Source: Eledone cirrhosa (Eukaryota). Taken from it: a stretch of DNA of 64,000 nucleotides. Below are positions 12,370 through 25,372 of this stretch, piece after piece. Made by a program: the position numbers and the translations under genes. Position 1 is the first letter of the stretch; every line of letters starts with the position of its first letter. The notes beneath the pieces are model-generated. The model made no database searches. It was not told where the DNA came from and was given only the letters and a program-made list of their open reading frames with translations. Where the stretch lies: assembly GCA_964016885.1 (NCBI GenBank), contig OZ024748.1:38316001-38380000 (forward strand), written 5' to 3'.

Positions 12370-13239
12370 GGGTAGTTCGTTCGGAGCAAATTTTATCACT
12401 GGGGTGTTATCATAAAAAAACACACTGAAAAAAACACCTCTTCCACTCTTGTCATGCCATTGGCTGTTTTTACTCCACGTCATCACAAATTCTGGTCAGT
12501 ATTTACTGCTACACGGGTCATCAGCCATTTTCCGTCCGACACACTTCAATGGAGTCATGCTGGGTTCAGCATCTCACACGTCTGTTCACACTCCAGAGTA
12601 AGCACACGCACACGCGAATATACACACACACATGCAGACACAGACACATGCGGGCATACACACACGTACGCATACATGCGTAGACACACACGCTCTCTCC
12701 CTCACTTCCACGGACCCAGTCACACCCACTTCTAGATACATATCGCCACAAGCCTTATAACGGCTGCTTAAGTGGCGCCATATATCCGGTCGGACAAGCA
12801 TGGCCTACGCAAACATACACATATACATACACATACGCGCGCACACATACATACACACATATATATACACACATGCGCACACATACATACAAAATACACA
12901 TACATACACAAAATTACATACACACATACATACACACACACATATATATATATATATATAAAACCCTACATGCATACGCACACCCACGCATATACATACA
13001 TATATACATGCAGACATATATACATCTACATATACATGCGCACACGGACTGCCACGTGCAGACACCTGCACATATTTGCTTACACAAACATGTTTCCCCA
13101 TATACATATATAAACAAAACCGTAAATTAAAAATACATTATATAATAAAAAACACAATATACCATAAAATAACGGTAAAATAATATAACATAAAATATAA
13201 AATATAAAGTATAAAATATCAATATAGTATACAATATAA

Positions 13240-13311
<72 letters not shown>

Positions 13312-13320
13312 TATATATAT

Positions 13321-13508
13321 GTAGATAAATCTACCAAGAGTTTACGGTAGTGTCCAATCCGTATGAAGAACTCAATGTATTCCGGATATCATGGAAAGAA
13401 GAGATGTAATGAAAAATCACTTTCGGTGAAAGATAAACGGTATACAGAGTCAAGATAAAATATTAAACAAATAATGAATAAACAATTCCTTATATTAAAC
13501 AAAAAAAG

Positions 13509-13510
<2 letters not shown>
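13321..13510 (-). mobile_element. Solo 3' tail fragment of the PLE family at 37365-39460
   Basis: TAGATAAATCTACCAA..TACGGTAGTGTCCAATCCGTATGAAGAACTCAATGTA matches the reverse complement of ~39265-39460. Bounded by (TA)n on both sides. Confidence 0.75.
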
Positions 13511-13574
<64 letters not shown>

Positions 13575-13786
13575 TACACACATGTACACACATTCATACA
13601 TACATATACAGATATATACAAAGGATATATGATAAAATAATACAAAAAGAATAATAATAATAAAATGCATATATACTCCATATATAATCATCCGTACACA
13701 TTCCTGTGAGATGCACATAAACATATACATGCATACGCAAACACACATACACATATATAGAGGCCCACATATGCATACACTCGCAC

Positions 13787-13845
<59 letters not shown>

Positions 13846-13888
13846 AGTTAAATAAAAGTCAAATGATTAAAATTTAGCTTCGTTTATT

Positions 13889-13943
13889 ACTGCTATATAT
13901 ATTTCAGTGACAGCCATCTTTGGCTGTGACCTCTTCAGGCAGT
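13889..13943 (-). ncRNA. Type I hammerhead ribozyme (inverted pLTR copy)
   Basis: Reverse complement of the 18425-18479 motif. Confidence 0.88.
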
Positions 13944-14925
13944 TTGAATTAGTATGGTATAGACAAGTACATATGTTGTTTAGGTGTATGATATTGTCAA
14001 TACTCTGATATGCCCAGTTCCTTGTTGGGTTGTTAATTCACTGGGGAACTGGAGTCATATGAATTCAAACAAACGAATTTTCGTGTCACAGGTCCCCTTC
14101 TCCTCTCATTGGTCAGTTATTAGAACATTCCTCATTCTAAGTGTTGTTATTGTTGGAGTTAGCTTAAAATTGATAAAATGGTAGAAGGGACAAGGTGTTA
14201 AAGGAACAAAATAACAAAAAAAGTGTCAAACTTCCCATTGTTCAGTTCTGAGAGCATTCCTCAGTCAGAAGTCTATAGAATTCTTTCTGGGGTGAGGCTC
14301 CCTGTAGTGTTTTTGCCTGCTATTGTTCAGTACATTTGACCTCCACCATTATTTTGGTACTGTTGTTGTTGTAGTGGTCAGCTTATATCTTGCTGCTGCT
14401 AACAATTTAGAAGTATCCAGTTTGTGTTTTTTCTTCATCCCCCCACCACCACCATCGTAGTGGTGGGGGGGGGGGTTCATGTATATGAAGAAATATAAGG
14501 CAATAAATGAAGAAAACAGAAAATAAATAAATAATATAATAAAATAAAATAATTAATATAATTTGTGTAATTTGAAAATAAATAAATAAATAGAGAATAA
14601 AGAATAAAGAGTAAATATGAGAGATTGGTGAAAAAGTAATGATAATGTATATGGAGAAGTGAGAAATAATGTAGGATAAAGTGTGTGTGTGTGTGCTATA
14701 ACCAATCTCAAGGTCAGAATATGTTGGATAGATTGGTATGATACAAGATGTTAAGATGAGATATTCAATGTGTTTGTGTTATAATCTATCTCAACTTAAA
14801 ATAAATATAAGGTGATACAGTGAAGAGGGCAGAAAACAAATAACAAATTAATAAAGAGAAATCAAGATTTAAGATTGGAACTTGAAAGTCAGAAATCTGG
14901 TAAATTAAAAGTGTTTGTGTTATAG

Positions 14926-17221
14926 ATGAACACTGAACTGTACAATAAGCTAATCCTCAGGGAACTGAGGAAGTGCTACAAAAAAACACCTGGATTTACC
15001 CTGGATGAGATCAATGCCACAGCTTACAGGATTATATCCAGAATCGGCATAGAGGACAGGACGGCCCCATACCAACCAAGGGAGCCGCGGATTACCCTTA
15101 AAGACCACAAGTCAAACTTTGAGTCCGACCTCCCTGTCAGACTAATAGCCCCCTCCAGATCTGACCTAGGGATCGTCAGTAAAAGAATACTGGATAGGAT
15201 TTTGCCCAAGCTTCGGAAGAAAACCAAATTACAGCAATAGTCATGCACGAGAGAAGTAATAGAATGGTTCAAAATACTGCATGAGAAAAGTAGGACCAGC
15301 TTTATACAACTGGACATCGCAAGCTACTACTCCTCAATCTCACCAGTAGTACTTAATAAGGCCCTATTTTTAGCGATGTCCAATACGGACCTAACCGGAG
15401 AGGAGGTGAGCATCATCCACGCCGCAAGAAAGACCTTAATCCGCTTCGATGGAGACCTTTGGACCAGGAGTGATTGGCCAAATAACTTTGACATCACGAT
15501 GGGCTCCAGCGACTCAGCGCAGGTAACGGAGCTGGTTGGGCTCTACCTGCTGAAGCAGATAAAAGATGAAATCCCCTGCCTGGGCGGCGGATTATATCGT
15601 GACGATGCTCTATTCACAGTACATGATCACAGCACCAATATGTTGGAGGGCATGAGGAGGCGTATTCGCCATTTCTTTAAGAACCAGGGGCTCAGCATAG
15701 AAATAGACCCAAATAGGAAGGTAGTTAACTTCCTAGACACCACCCTAAACCTGAACACCGAGCAATACTACCCCTACCACAAGCCCAACGAGAAACTCGT
15801 ATATGTTAACGCCAAATCAAACCACCCTAGATCCATAACCAAGGCAGTGGTGAAGAGTGTCTCGGACAGGATCTCCAGCCTGTCCGCAAGTAAGGAAATA
15901 TTCAACAACCACGCGGAATATTACAACGCAGCTCTAAAGAAGGCGGCACATGGACAAAATATAACATATAGTCCGAAAAGCTGGGAGGTGGATAGCCCAA
16001 CAGACACCCACAACCGCGTTGCCAGAGGGGGGGGGCGAACCCTAACAATACAGGCAGAGCAGAATCAAATAGGCACCATGTACCAGACAGCACCACACGG
16101 CCGGTGGGGACTAGTGCGCTTGACCACGAGATGGAGCACAATATGAGTAGCAGTCTCAGGCGTGACGCTAACTACCCCAGGACGGACAACCCCAACCGCA
16201 GGACACGTGGGGGGGAGGAAACGGGCGACCACCCCACGATGGATCTCCCGGAGCGGACAACAACCACCCCACAAATCCGGGCCGCGAAGATAACAAAAAG
16301 TATAGAGCCCAAAAGGGAAGCAACAGTGCGGAAACCACCAGCAACCCAACAAATCTCCAACAAATCACGAAGCCCCCAACCCACACATATAGGAGGAGAC
16401 ACCGACAAATCACGTGGTACAACCCACCCTACTCAGCGGCCCTAAAGAAAAGCTTGGCCCGATTATTCTTTGGAGCACTTGACAAATGCTTCCTGAGGGA
16501 CCACAGATACCACAGGATCTTCAACAGACACACTGTGAAGCTTTCGTATTCCACCACGAGAAATTTGGCCCAACACATAGCTAGCATCAACAGAAGTAGG
16601 CTTAAAAACCACACACAACCAGAAGATGGCAATACAAACACTCGGCAGAACCATGTGAAAGGAGGGAAGGGGGGACCCAGAGCCCACCCAAGAAACACAA
16701 ACAGACCCAAGGACCCCCCACCGAGCATGGGGGAAGACCAACATGTAACACATAATGAGAACCCTAATCTAGGCACGCAGAGGCCGACCACCCTCTGCAA
16801 CTGCAGAAACCCCGAATCATGCCCCCTTGGTAATGAATGTCTCAAGAAGAACATAGTGTACGGTTGTAGGGTTAAAACCCCCAACTCCGAACACCTCTAC
16901 ATAGGAGCCACATCAACGAGCTTTAAGGACCGCTGGTACAACCATCGCCATTCATTCAAGAAGGAGGCCAAAAGAAAAAGCACAGCTCTCTCCGACCTGA
17001 TCTGGAAGCTTAAGCTGCACAGGACCCCATACTCTCTGGCCTGGTACATAATCAGGAAAGTATCACCCGATAAAGGGGGATCTTGCATATGCAAACTATG
17101 CCTGAACGAGACCCTCGAGATACTAAGAGGTGGAAGCGGCCTGATAAACCTCAGAACCGACTTCTTCGGGACATGCAGACACCTTAGAGCCGGGACCTTT
17201 CTCAAAATATATGGACAGTAG
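14926..17221 (+). pseudogene. PLE polyprotein (RT + CxC zinc motif + GIY-YIG endonuclease) with a stop and frameshift(s)
   Basis: ITLKDHKSNF, RLIAP, FDITMGSSDSAQVTELVGLY, YRDD, VNFLD, SNHP, WYNPPYS, CNCRNPESCPLGNEC, IVY..YIG, CKLCLNE, CRH. TAG at 15238. Confidence 0.92.
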
Positions 17222-18424
17222 CAACACAAGAAGATGTGAACTCCCCTCAAGCTATAGGGACTTCTACAGAACATGAAAACACCTCTCGGCCAGACCTCCC
17301 TCAAGCTATATGGGCAATAACAACACTCTAGGTTGTGAACTCCCCTCAAGCCACAGGGAACAACCCAGGCGGAGCAGACACCATGATAGCCTAGAGATAG
17401 AATCGGACACAGCCATAATAATTTGGCCAACATCTATAACACAAACACTTTTAATTTACCAGATTTCTGACTTTCAAGTTCCAATCTTAAATCTTGATTT
17501 CTCTTTATTAATTTGTTATTTGTTTTCTGCCCTCTTCACTGTATCACCTTATATTTATTTTAAGTTGAGATAGATTATAACACAAACACATTGAATATCT
17601 CATCTTAACATCTTGTATCATACCAATCTATCCAACATATTCTGACCTTGAGATTGGTTATAGCACACACACACACACTTTATCCTACATTATTTCTCAC
17701 TTCTCCATATACATTATCATTACTTTTTCACCAATCTCTCATATTTACTCTTTATTCTTTATTCTCTATTTATTTATTTATTTTCAAATTACACAAATTA
17801 TATTAATTATTTTATTTTATTATATTATTTATTTATTTTCTGTTTTCTTCATTTATTGCCTTATATTTCTTCATATACATGACCCCCCACCCCACCACCA
17901 CCACCACCACTACGATGGTTGTGGTGGGGGGATGAAGAAAAAACACAAACTGGATACTTCTAAATTGTTAGCAGCAGCAAGATATAAGCTGACCACTACA
18001 ACAACAACAGTACCAAAATAATGGTGGAGGTCAAATGTACTGAACAATAGCAGGCAAAAACACTACAGGGAGCCTCACCCCAGAAAGAATTCTATAGACT
18101 TCTGACTGAGGAATGCTCTCAGAACTGAACAATGGGAAGTTTGACACTTTTTTTGTTATTTTGTTCCTTTAACACCTTGTCCCTTCTACCATTTTATCAA
18201 TTTTAAGCTAACTCCAACAATAACAACACTTAGAATGAGGAATGTTCTAATAACTGACCAATGAGAGGAGAAGGGGACCTGTGACACGAAAATTCGTTTG
18301 TTTGAATTCATGACTCCAGTTCCCCAGTGAATTAACAACCCAACAAGGAACTGGGCATATCAGAGTATTGACAATATCATACACCTAAACAACATATGTA
18401 CTTGTCTATACCATACTAATTCAA

Positions 18425-18479
18425 ACTGCCTGAAGAGGTCACAGCCAAAGATGGCTGTCACTGAAATATATATAGCAGT
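18425..18479 (+). ncRNA. Type I hammerhead ribozyme in 3' pLTR
   Basis: ACTGC-CTGAAGA-GGTCACAGCC aaagat GGCTGTCACT-GAAA-TATATA-TA-GCAGT, in the same sense as the ORF. Confidence 0.88.
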
Positions 18480-18625
18480 AATAAACGAAGCTGAATTTTA
18501 ATCATTTGACTTTTATTTAACTTTATTTTACACTACTCCGGAGTAACCAAACCAACCTGCGCACTTCGTCGAGTGCTCCAGCCTGCATACTGAGGTGTTG
18601 GTATACAACCAACATAAACTCAAAA

Positions 18626-18661
<36 letters not shown>

Positions 18662-18762
18662 CATACACACTTACACACCCACATACGCACACCTACTAAT
18701 ACGTAGCTATACGTACATACGCACACATATATACATATACATACATATATATATCTATATAT

Positions 18763-18861
<99 letters not shown>

Positions 18862-19046
18862 TACATACACACACACTCTGCCACATACTTACATGCATGC
18901 ACATGTCTGCATATACACGCGCTCATAAGCTCATGCATATACCCATGCATATACCCATGCCCATATACCCCCCTCACATACACACCCACGTATATATATA
19001 TATCTACATACACACACACACACATACATATACCTACGCACAGGCC

Positions 19047-19850
19047 CCTTAACTAAAGTGCTAATCCGGTCCCTGTAAGCCTTACTTGCCGGTAAGGACA
19101 AGTTGAGCTTCCAGTAACCGGGTCCCTGTCTATGAGTTCTGTCAAGGTTGATCATGCAAGTCACTAACTTGTGGTCTGAATAGCCAACCATGCGCATTTT
19201 TGGACAACTTAAAAAGTCCTTATCCTTAATTCTAACTAAGAATCTATCTAGGTACGACCTAGATGATCCGCTACGATTTGCCCAAGTCCAGGTTGGCGCA
19301 GTCGGAAAATCTAGTCGATATCTATCGGCCAGGTCAAATCTACCGATTAACCCTTTGAGGCTATTACACCCCTATCTATCGGGACAGGCCCCTACGTAGT
19401 CCCAGCGTGCATCTAGGATACCATTCCAGTCCCCACTGATAGCAAGGAGCGGGACGTCCCTAGAAAAGTCTCCAGACGATGGAAGAAGTCCGGCCGCATT
19501 GACCCGAAAGGGCCGTAGGCGGCTACCAACCTAAACGCTCCGCCTTTACCACTGCCAAGGTCCAGAACCACTAGTCGACCCTCCGGGTCCAAATGTACCA
19601 TCTGTGTTGCGAGACCCAGATGTTTTTGCAGCAGAACGACAACTCCACCCCCACCTCCGGGCTGACAGAGAGATGCGTGCATCTCAAAGTCATCAAAGGT
19701 GGGGGCCAGCTGTCGCACGTTGCTGATCCGGGCCTCGCAAATAACTATCACATCTATACGTTGTGACCTGAGGTCATTTAGAAGCATTGCTTGCTTCCAA
19801 GTTGAGCCCAGGCCACGCGCATTTAAACAGCCTACTCTTAGCATAGCCAT
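19047..19850 (-). pseudogene. LINE ORF2 N-terminal apurinic-like endonuclease, frameshifted
   Basis: LRVGCLNARGL, DVIVICE, GGVVVL, GRLV, AAYGP, broken GDWN, then YSDHKLV...GPGYWKLN. Confidence 0.88.
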
Positions 19851-19874
19851 GTTGGTGGTGAAGAGAAAAGGCAC

Positions 19875-21667
19875 TTACCTCTCTGCGTCCCGGGTATCGG
19901 GCTGCACAATTTCCATTAGGGTGGGGGAGGGGTTGTTGGGTGGGGTGGTGGTTTGTGGAAGTGTAGGGGCATCAGTGTGTTGTGTGGTTGGGGAGTTTGG
20001 AGTTATGTGGGTGTTTGGGGAGGGGGTGGGGTAGTTTTTTAGGAGGACGCGCTTAATGGGCCCGACGCAGGGGGGACCCACGTCCTCTTTAAAATTGTTT
20101 TTTAAAGTTTTATAGGTGTCCTGTGGGGCCTTAATCATTTTGAGGTGGGGGAAGTCCCCTGCCTGGGTGAATTTAGGCCCTTGTGTTTTTATTAGATTGT
20201 TGTTGTACACAATGTTTAACAGTTTTTTGTTTCTTGTGTTTATGTATGTGCATGCATGTTTTTGTTTTTGTGTGGTGTTTTTTTTTGTTTGCTGTTGTTG
20301 TGAGCTCTTTTGTGTTGGTGTCAGTGTTATGTTTTGGGGAGGGGTTGTTTTCATTTGTGTGTCTGAGGTGTGTTTTTTTTGTTTTTTCTTTTGATTGTGT
20401 GGAAGTGCTCCTCCTCGTCTGACGACGGACTAGGGTCATCTTCCGCGTTGGAGGGGAGGGGTATATTTTCGGGTTGTGTTTGCGGTGCGGGTGTTTTGGA
20501 AATTGTTTTTGTTTTTTGAGTGGAGGGGATGGGTTGGACATTGTTTTGTTTTGGTTTGAGCTGTGGTGGTTGTTTTTGTAGTGGTAGTTGTGGTGATTGT
20601 GTTGGTTGTGCAGTTGTTGGTGGTGTAGGCAGGATTGGGGTTTTCTTATTAAGTTGGGGACAGACAGCCCTCAGGTGACCTCTGGTTCCGCAGAGGTAAC
20701 AGGGGGCCGCCTACCCTCAACAGTAATGTTGATGAAGGTTAGATCATCCAGTATGACGCGTTCAGGGATCTGGGCGATCCTTTCGGGCCTCATTTGAACT
20801 ACAAGTTTGAGGCTCGTTCCACTGAACGCGTCACCCGATGCCTTCCCCATGGACACCAGCATGTCATCCTCCAGGTCCAGGAAACCTGTCAAAACCCACC
20901 ATATGTCCATAATCGGCAGGATGGTGTGGATTTTTATTTTTTGTGTTCTTCTACCCATGTACGTAGGGTAGAAGGTGTATGCGGTGGATGTGATTGGTTT
21001 GATGGACAGTTTCACTGCTGTGTCCCTGTCCTTCATGAGAATGGATAGACTCCCGTAGAGTCTATCCTTCTGAATGAAGGTGATGTCCTTCATGACGTCT
21101 TTTAAAACCAGCTCTATCTCACTCTGTGATGGTTGAGCTGGTTTTTTACTTTTATTCGAGATTGTCCTAAACATGACAGTGTTTAGGAGTCTCTGGCTTT
21201 TTAGTTCCGGGGGGGGGGGAATGGATTGTGAATGAACCATTTTCCCCGTACACTATATATTTTTTGGCATCTGCCAGTAGCTCTTTCGCTTTGGTTATAT
21301 CTACTGGCAGATAGTCGAGGGTTTTCCTTGCCGTCTCGGCGAAGGAGAAATTTTTTTTGTTTGTGTTGTTGTTGTCGTTGGTGGTGTTGTTGTTATCATT
21401 GTTGTTGTTGTCACAGTTATTGGTCTTGTTGTTGTTGTTATTGTTATTTGTGTTGTTTTCGTCCGTCGCATTGTTGTTGTTGCTGTTGCCGCTGGTTCTT
21501 TGGGTTGTTGCCATGGCAACGTCAAGTTGTCGGTTAACAGGTGGAGAAAATCCTTCCTCTGGCTGACCTTTCTTCTTGACCTCTGCTACTGTGACAGTGG
21601 CAGGGGGAAGCTGTAAGTTTATCTTCCCCTTTCCTCCTTCTAATTTTGGTGAAGAAGCTTCAGCCAT
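19875..21667 (-). pseudogene. LINE ORF1 (gag-like) with CCHC zinc knuckle, frameshifted
   Basis: ORF pieces 21167-21667 and 20671-21240. The frame after VEGRRPP reads CYLCGTRGHLRAVC (CX2CX4HX4C) at 20660-20701. Low-complexity N/T/K/P segments flank it. Confidence 0.8.
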
Positions 21668-21890
21668 TTTAAAAAATATTAACTTTTCAACAAGAAAAAA
21701 CTTTTTTTTTTTTGTTTAACTATTTCGCCTAAAGGCGTAGAATATTTTGAGAGACTGACCAGATCAAAGTTTGACCTGGCAGTCTCTCTACAAAATGGTA
21801 CAAAAATGAAAGTTTACAGTTCACAATTTCCGGATGAATTTAAACTAAACTTACCGAGCGAGCTCAGCACATGTGCCCATCGTAAAAGAG

Positions 21891-22272
21891 AGATAGCCCT
21901 GTGGTATATCCATGACTAATAATACCACATTAAAGATAGCCCTGTGGTATATCCATGGTCACAATACCACATTAAAGATAGCCCTGTGGTATATCCATGG
22001 TCACAATACCACATTAAAGATGGCCCTGTGGTATATCCATGGTCACAATACCACATTAAAGATAGCCCTGTGGTATATCCATGGTCACAATACCACATTA
22101 AAGATAGCCCTGTGGTATATCCATTGTCACAATACCACATTAAAGATAGCCCTGTGGTATATCCATGGTCACAATACCACATTAAAGATAGCCCTGTGGT
22201 ATATCCATGGTCACAATACCACATTAAAGATAGCCCTGTGGTATATCCATGAATAATAATACCACGTTAAAG
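21891..22272. repeat. 42-bp minisatellite, ~9 units
   Basis: AATACCACATTAAAGATAGCCCTGTGGTATATCCATGGTCAC repeated almost perfectly. Each unit holds an ATACCACA/TGTGGTAT inverted pair. Confidence 0.96.
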
Positions 22273-22639
22273 CTGTTGTTACTATCAGAGATCCCCAAAC
22301 CATCTCAAGGAGAATCCTAGAGCAACAGAAACGCTAACAAATTAAAAGGAATCCCCCAGAAATAGTTCCTTTTTTTGGAATATGGAACTGTCTGTTAGAT
22401 AATGGTTTAAACGTCAAGTCACATATCAACTTTGTGACAGATTCTCTCATTTAAAAACACTCACCTAATACCTGCCTATACTTTATATAAATATACGTAT
22501 ATAAATATCCACTCACACATGAAGAGCGCAAGTTGTGTACGTATATATATATACACACACTTACATATATATATGTATATATATACATACACACTTACAT
22601 ATATATATGTATATATATATATATATATACATACACACT

Positions 22640-22714
<75 letters not shown>

Positions 22715-22734
22715 ATATACATAGACACTTACTT

Positions 22735-22772
<38 letters not shown>

Positions 22773-22903
22773 GTAGGAGGTGAGTTTTATTGTAGTACAA
22801 TAAAGCAATGCAGATATCGGATAAGAAGCACTCTACAGTTTGTAGGACTGGACTGGAGTATACATAATATATAAGAACAAAAGATGGTTAAAAGAGTTCC
22901 ATG

Positions 22904-22974
22904 TATTTTGTTATGCGCATTTCAAAAACAAATATCATCATGCAATAATATTTGTGTTTTCATCAGATAAAACA
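22904..22974 (-). ncRNA. Type I hammerhead ribozyme in 3' pLTR
   Basis: Reverse complement of the 25223-25293 motif, with one stem I substitution. Confidence 0.82.
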
Positions 22975-23861
22975 GGAAGACATGATATGAAGGTTAAAAA
23001 ACACTTGTGGATAGTTCAGTTTTAAATCAACATATGAAAAGTAGTTTTAGATTGATATTTGATATTGGGAAAAAATATTTTATTTAGAGGGGGGTGGAAA
23101 GGATGAAAAAGAGGAGGAGATGAGAGTAAAAAGTGGAGAGGGAGGAGTATAATGAGGAAGGATGAGATAGGGGGAGTAATGGGTGATAGAGAGAGATAGC
23201 TTTTATAACTGAGAAAGATATATTGTTTTACATAGAGAGGTTGAAAACCGTTGGAAGATAATGTATAAATTAAAAGAATTTGAAAATTAACGAAGAGAAA
23301 AATAATGTAAAGTTAAGGTTTGTATATTGAGGGGTGTGATAATATGTGCGATGAAAAAGAAAATGTTAATATGTATTGAGAATAATAATATTTAAGGTTT
23401 AATAATATGTGCGATGTTAAGAAAATGTTGATATGTATTATTAAAAGGAATAACAGGTTATTTAAGTAAGGAAATATTGAGATGAGCATGAATGAGTTAG
23501 ATGATAGGGAGAAAAGAATAATGAATTGAGGATGAATAATCTAACGTCAAAAAAATGTGTATATGTTTACGAAGGATTTTTACAAGGTGATATAGAGTAA
23601 GAGTGTATTGTATTATGTAATAATTGATTCTATGTTAGGCAAGAGTGAGAAAAGGTACAGATTAGGGGTTAGACATTAAAAGAAGAAGAGAAGAAATGGA
23701 AGTGATAAATAGGGGCGATGTAGAATGAGTAACAAGTATTATAGAATGTATAATAACCTTTGAAATAAGGTAGAAATATGGGTATATTTTTTAAAGAAGT
23801 GTATATATATATATATATGTGCCTTTGAGAAAAAGATTCTAAATTGATAAAGAATTGAATC

Positions 23862-24713
23862 TTAGCTGTATACTTTGTGAAATGTTTTATGGAATTTATG
23901 CAAGCAGATAGAAAACAAGTCAGTGCGTCTATTTATTATAGAATCTAAATTAGAAATAATGGTAAATTTTTCATTTAGACAGAGATTGTAAATTTTGGAT
24001 AGAGAACTGTTCAAGTTTGAGGACGCAGAAGAAACCTTCTTCCAAAAGATGCTATATTTAATATTTTTGTCTTTCAAGGACCATATGAGTTCTGAGAGAG
24101 CCGTGTTGGTTCTTTTAAGTTTGTATTTAAAAGACGAATGATGGTTATAAAGACGAGCTTTAAAAGAGGTGGAAGTGGAGCCAAAATAGGTGAAGGAATT
24201 GGTGTCAGTTATAACTTTACATTCGTAAATTAAGTTTTTATCAAGACAGTGGTTGTTGAGAGGACATTTATTTTTAATAGGGCAATTGCAATTGCGATTA
24301 GAGAGATTATTAATGAGTGACCTAGTGTTATCTATAGAAGGAATTGGATTGGAGAAGTTATTTGCGATAGGAATAATAGTTTCTTGATTTAGAATGGGAT
24401 TAAGAACATTTAGCGAAGTTGTGTTTGACGTTGTATTTGGGTTTGTAGAAATTAGCCTAGGGTTTACAATGACGTCGGGAGTACTATTATTATGATATTC
24501 AGTGTTGGAAGGAAGAGATTTAGTAATTAGTATTTTATTGTTGTGTTTAGAGATAATGTTGGAAATGTTGGAGGATGTAGAATAGGAAAATTTTATAGTG
24601 TGTTTGTTAAATATTTTACTATAGATATGTGAGGGAGGGAAGCATTTATTTAAGGCACTAAAGAATAATTTAGGAATATTGTTATTAATAGAGATGGCGA
24701 AAGGAGCATTATA
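23862..24713 (-). pseudogene. PLE GIY-YIG endonuclease C-terminal remnant
   Basis: Minus-strand reading gives YNAPFA, CNCPIKNKCPLNNHCLDKNLIYEC, YFGSTSTSFK, TALSELIW, LCLNEK, CLH. Confidence 0.88.
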
Positions 24714-25222
24714 CCTTACTTAAATAACCTGTTATTCCTTTTAATAATACATATCAACATTTTCTTAACATCGCACATATTATTAAACCTTAAATATTAT
24801 TATTCTCAATACATATTAACATTTTCTTTTTCATCGCACATATTATCAAACCCTCAATATACAAACCTTAACTTTACATTATTTTTCTCTTCGTTAATTT
24901 TCAAATTCTTTTAATTCATACATTATCTTCCAACGGTTTTCAACCTCTCTATGTAAAACAATATATCTTTCTCAGTTATAAAAGCTAACTCTCTCTCTCT
25001 ATCACCCATTTCTCCTCCTATCTCATCCTTCCTCATTATACTCCTCCCTCTCCACTTTTTACTCTCATCTCCTCCTCTTTTTCATCTTTTCCAACCCCCC
25101 CCCCCCCCTCTAAATAAAATATTTTTTCCCAATATCAAACATCAATCTAAAACTACTTTTCATATGTTGATTTAAAACTGAACTATCCACAAGTGTTTTT
25201 TAAACTTCATATCATGTCTTCC

Positions 25223-25293
25223 TGTTTTATCTGATGAAAACACAAATATTATTGCATGATGATATTTGTTTTTGAAATGCGCATAATAAAATA
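25223..25293 (+). ncRNA. Type I hammerhead ribozyme (inverted pLTR copy)
   Basis: TTTTAT-CTGATGA-AAACACAAATATTATT..ATGATATTTGTTTTT-GAAA-TGCGCA-TA-ATAAAA. Confidence 0.9.
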
Positions 25294-25321
25294 CATGGAA
25301 CTCTTTTAACCATCTTTTGTT

Positions 25322-25364
<43 letters not shown>

Positions 25365-25372
<8 letters not shown>

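Larger units (their letters stand above)
13839..18627 (+). mobile_element. Naiad-like Penelope-like element, 5'-truncated, with ~1.09-kb inverted pLTR
   Basis: 13839-14928 is the near-identical reverse complement of 17431-18529. RT and GIY-YIG ORF remnants lie between them. A ~100-bp 3' tail follows, and (TA)n/(CT)n tracts flank the element. Confidence 0.93.
19047..21890 (-). mobile_element. Tx1-clade LINE, 5' part (5' UTR, ORF1, APE endonuclease)
   Basis: ORF1 pieces and endonuclease ORF on the minus strand. 19047-19215 is the reverse complement of 7428-7596. The 5' end abuts the same minisatellite. Confidence 0.9.
22775..25325 (-). mobile_element. Naiad-like PLE, heavily 5'-truncated, with ~600-bp inverted pLTR
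   Basis: 22868-23471 is the reverse complement of 24714-25325. GIY-YIG coding remnant lies at 23862-24713. (TA)n on both sides. Confidence 0.9.

Noticed and set aside
21891-22272. CRISPR-like array (palindromic short repeats)
   Set aside because: Units are head-to-tail with no unique spacers, there are no cas genes, and the context is eukaryotic.
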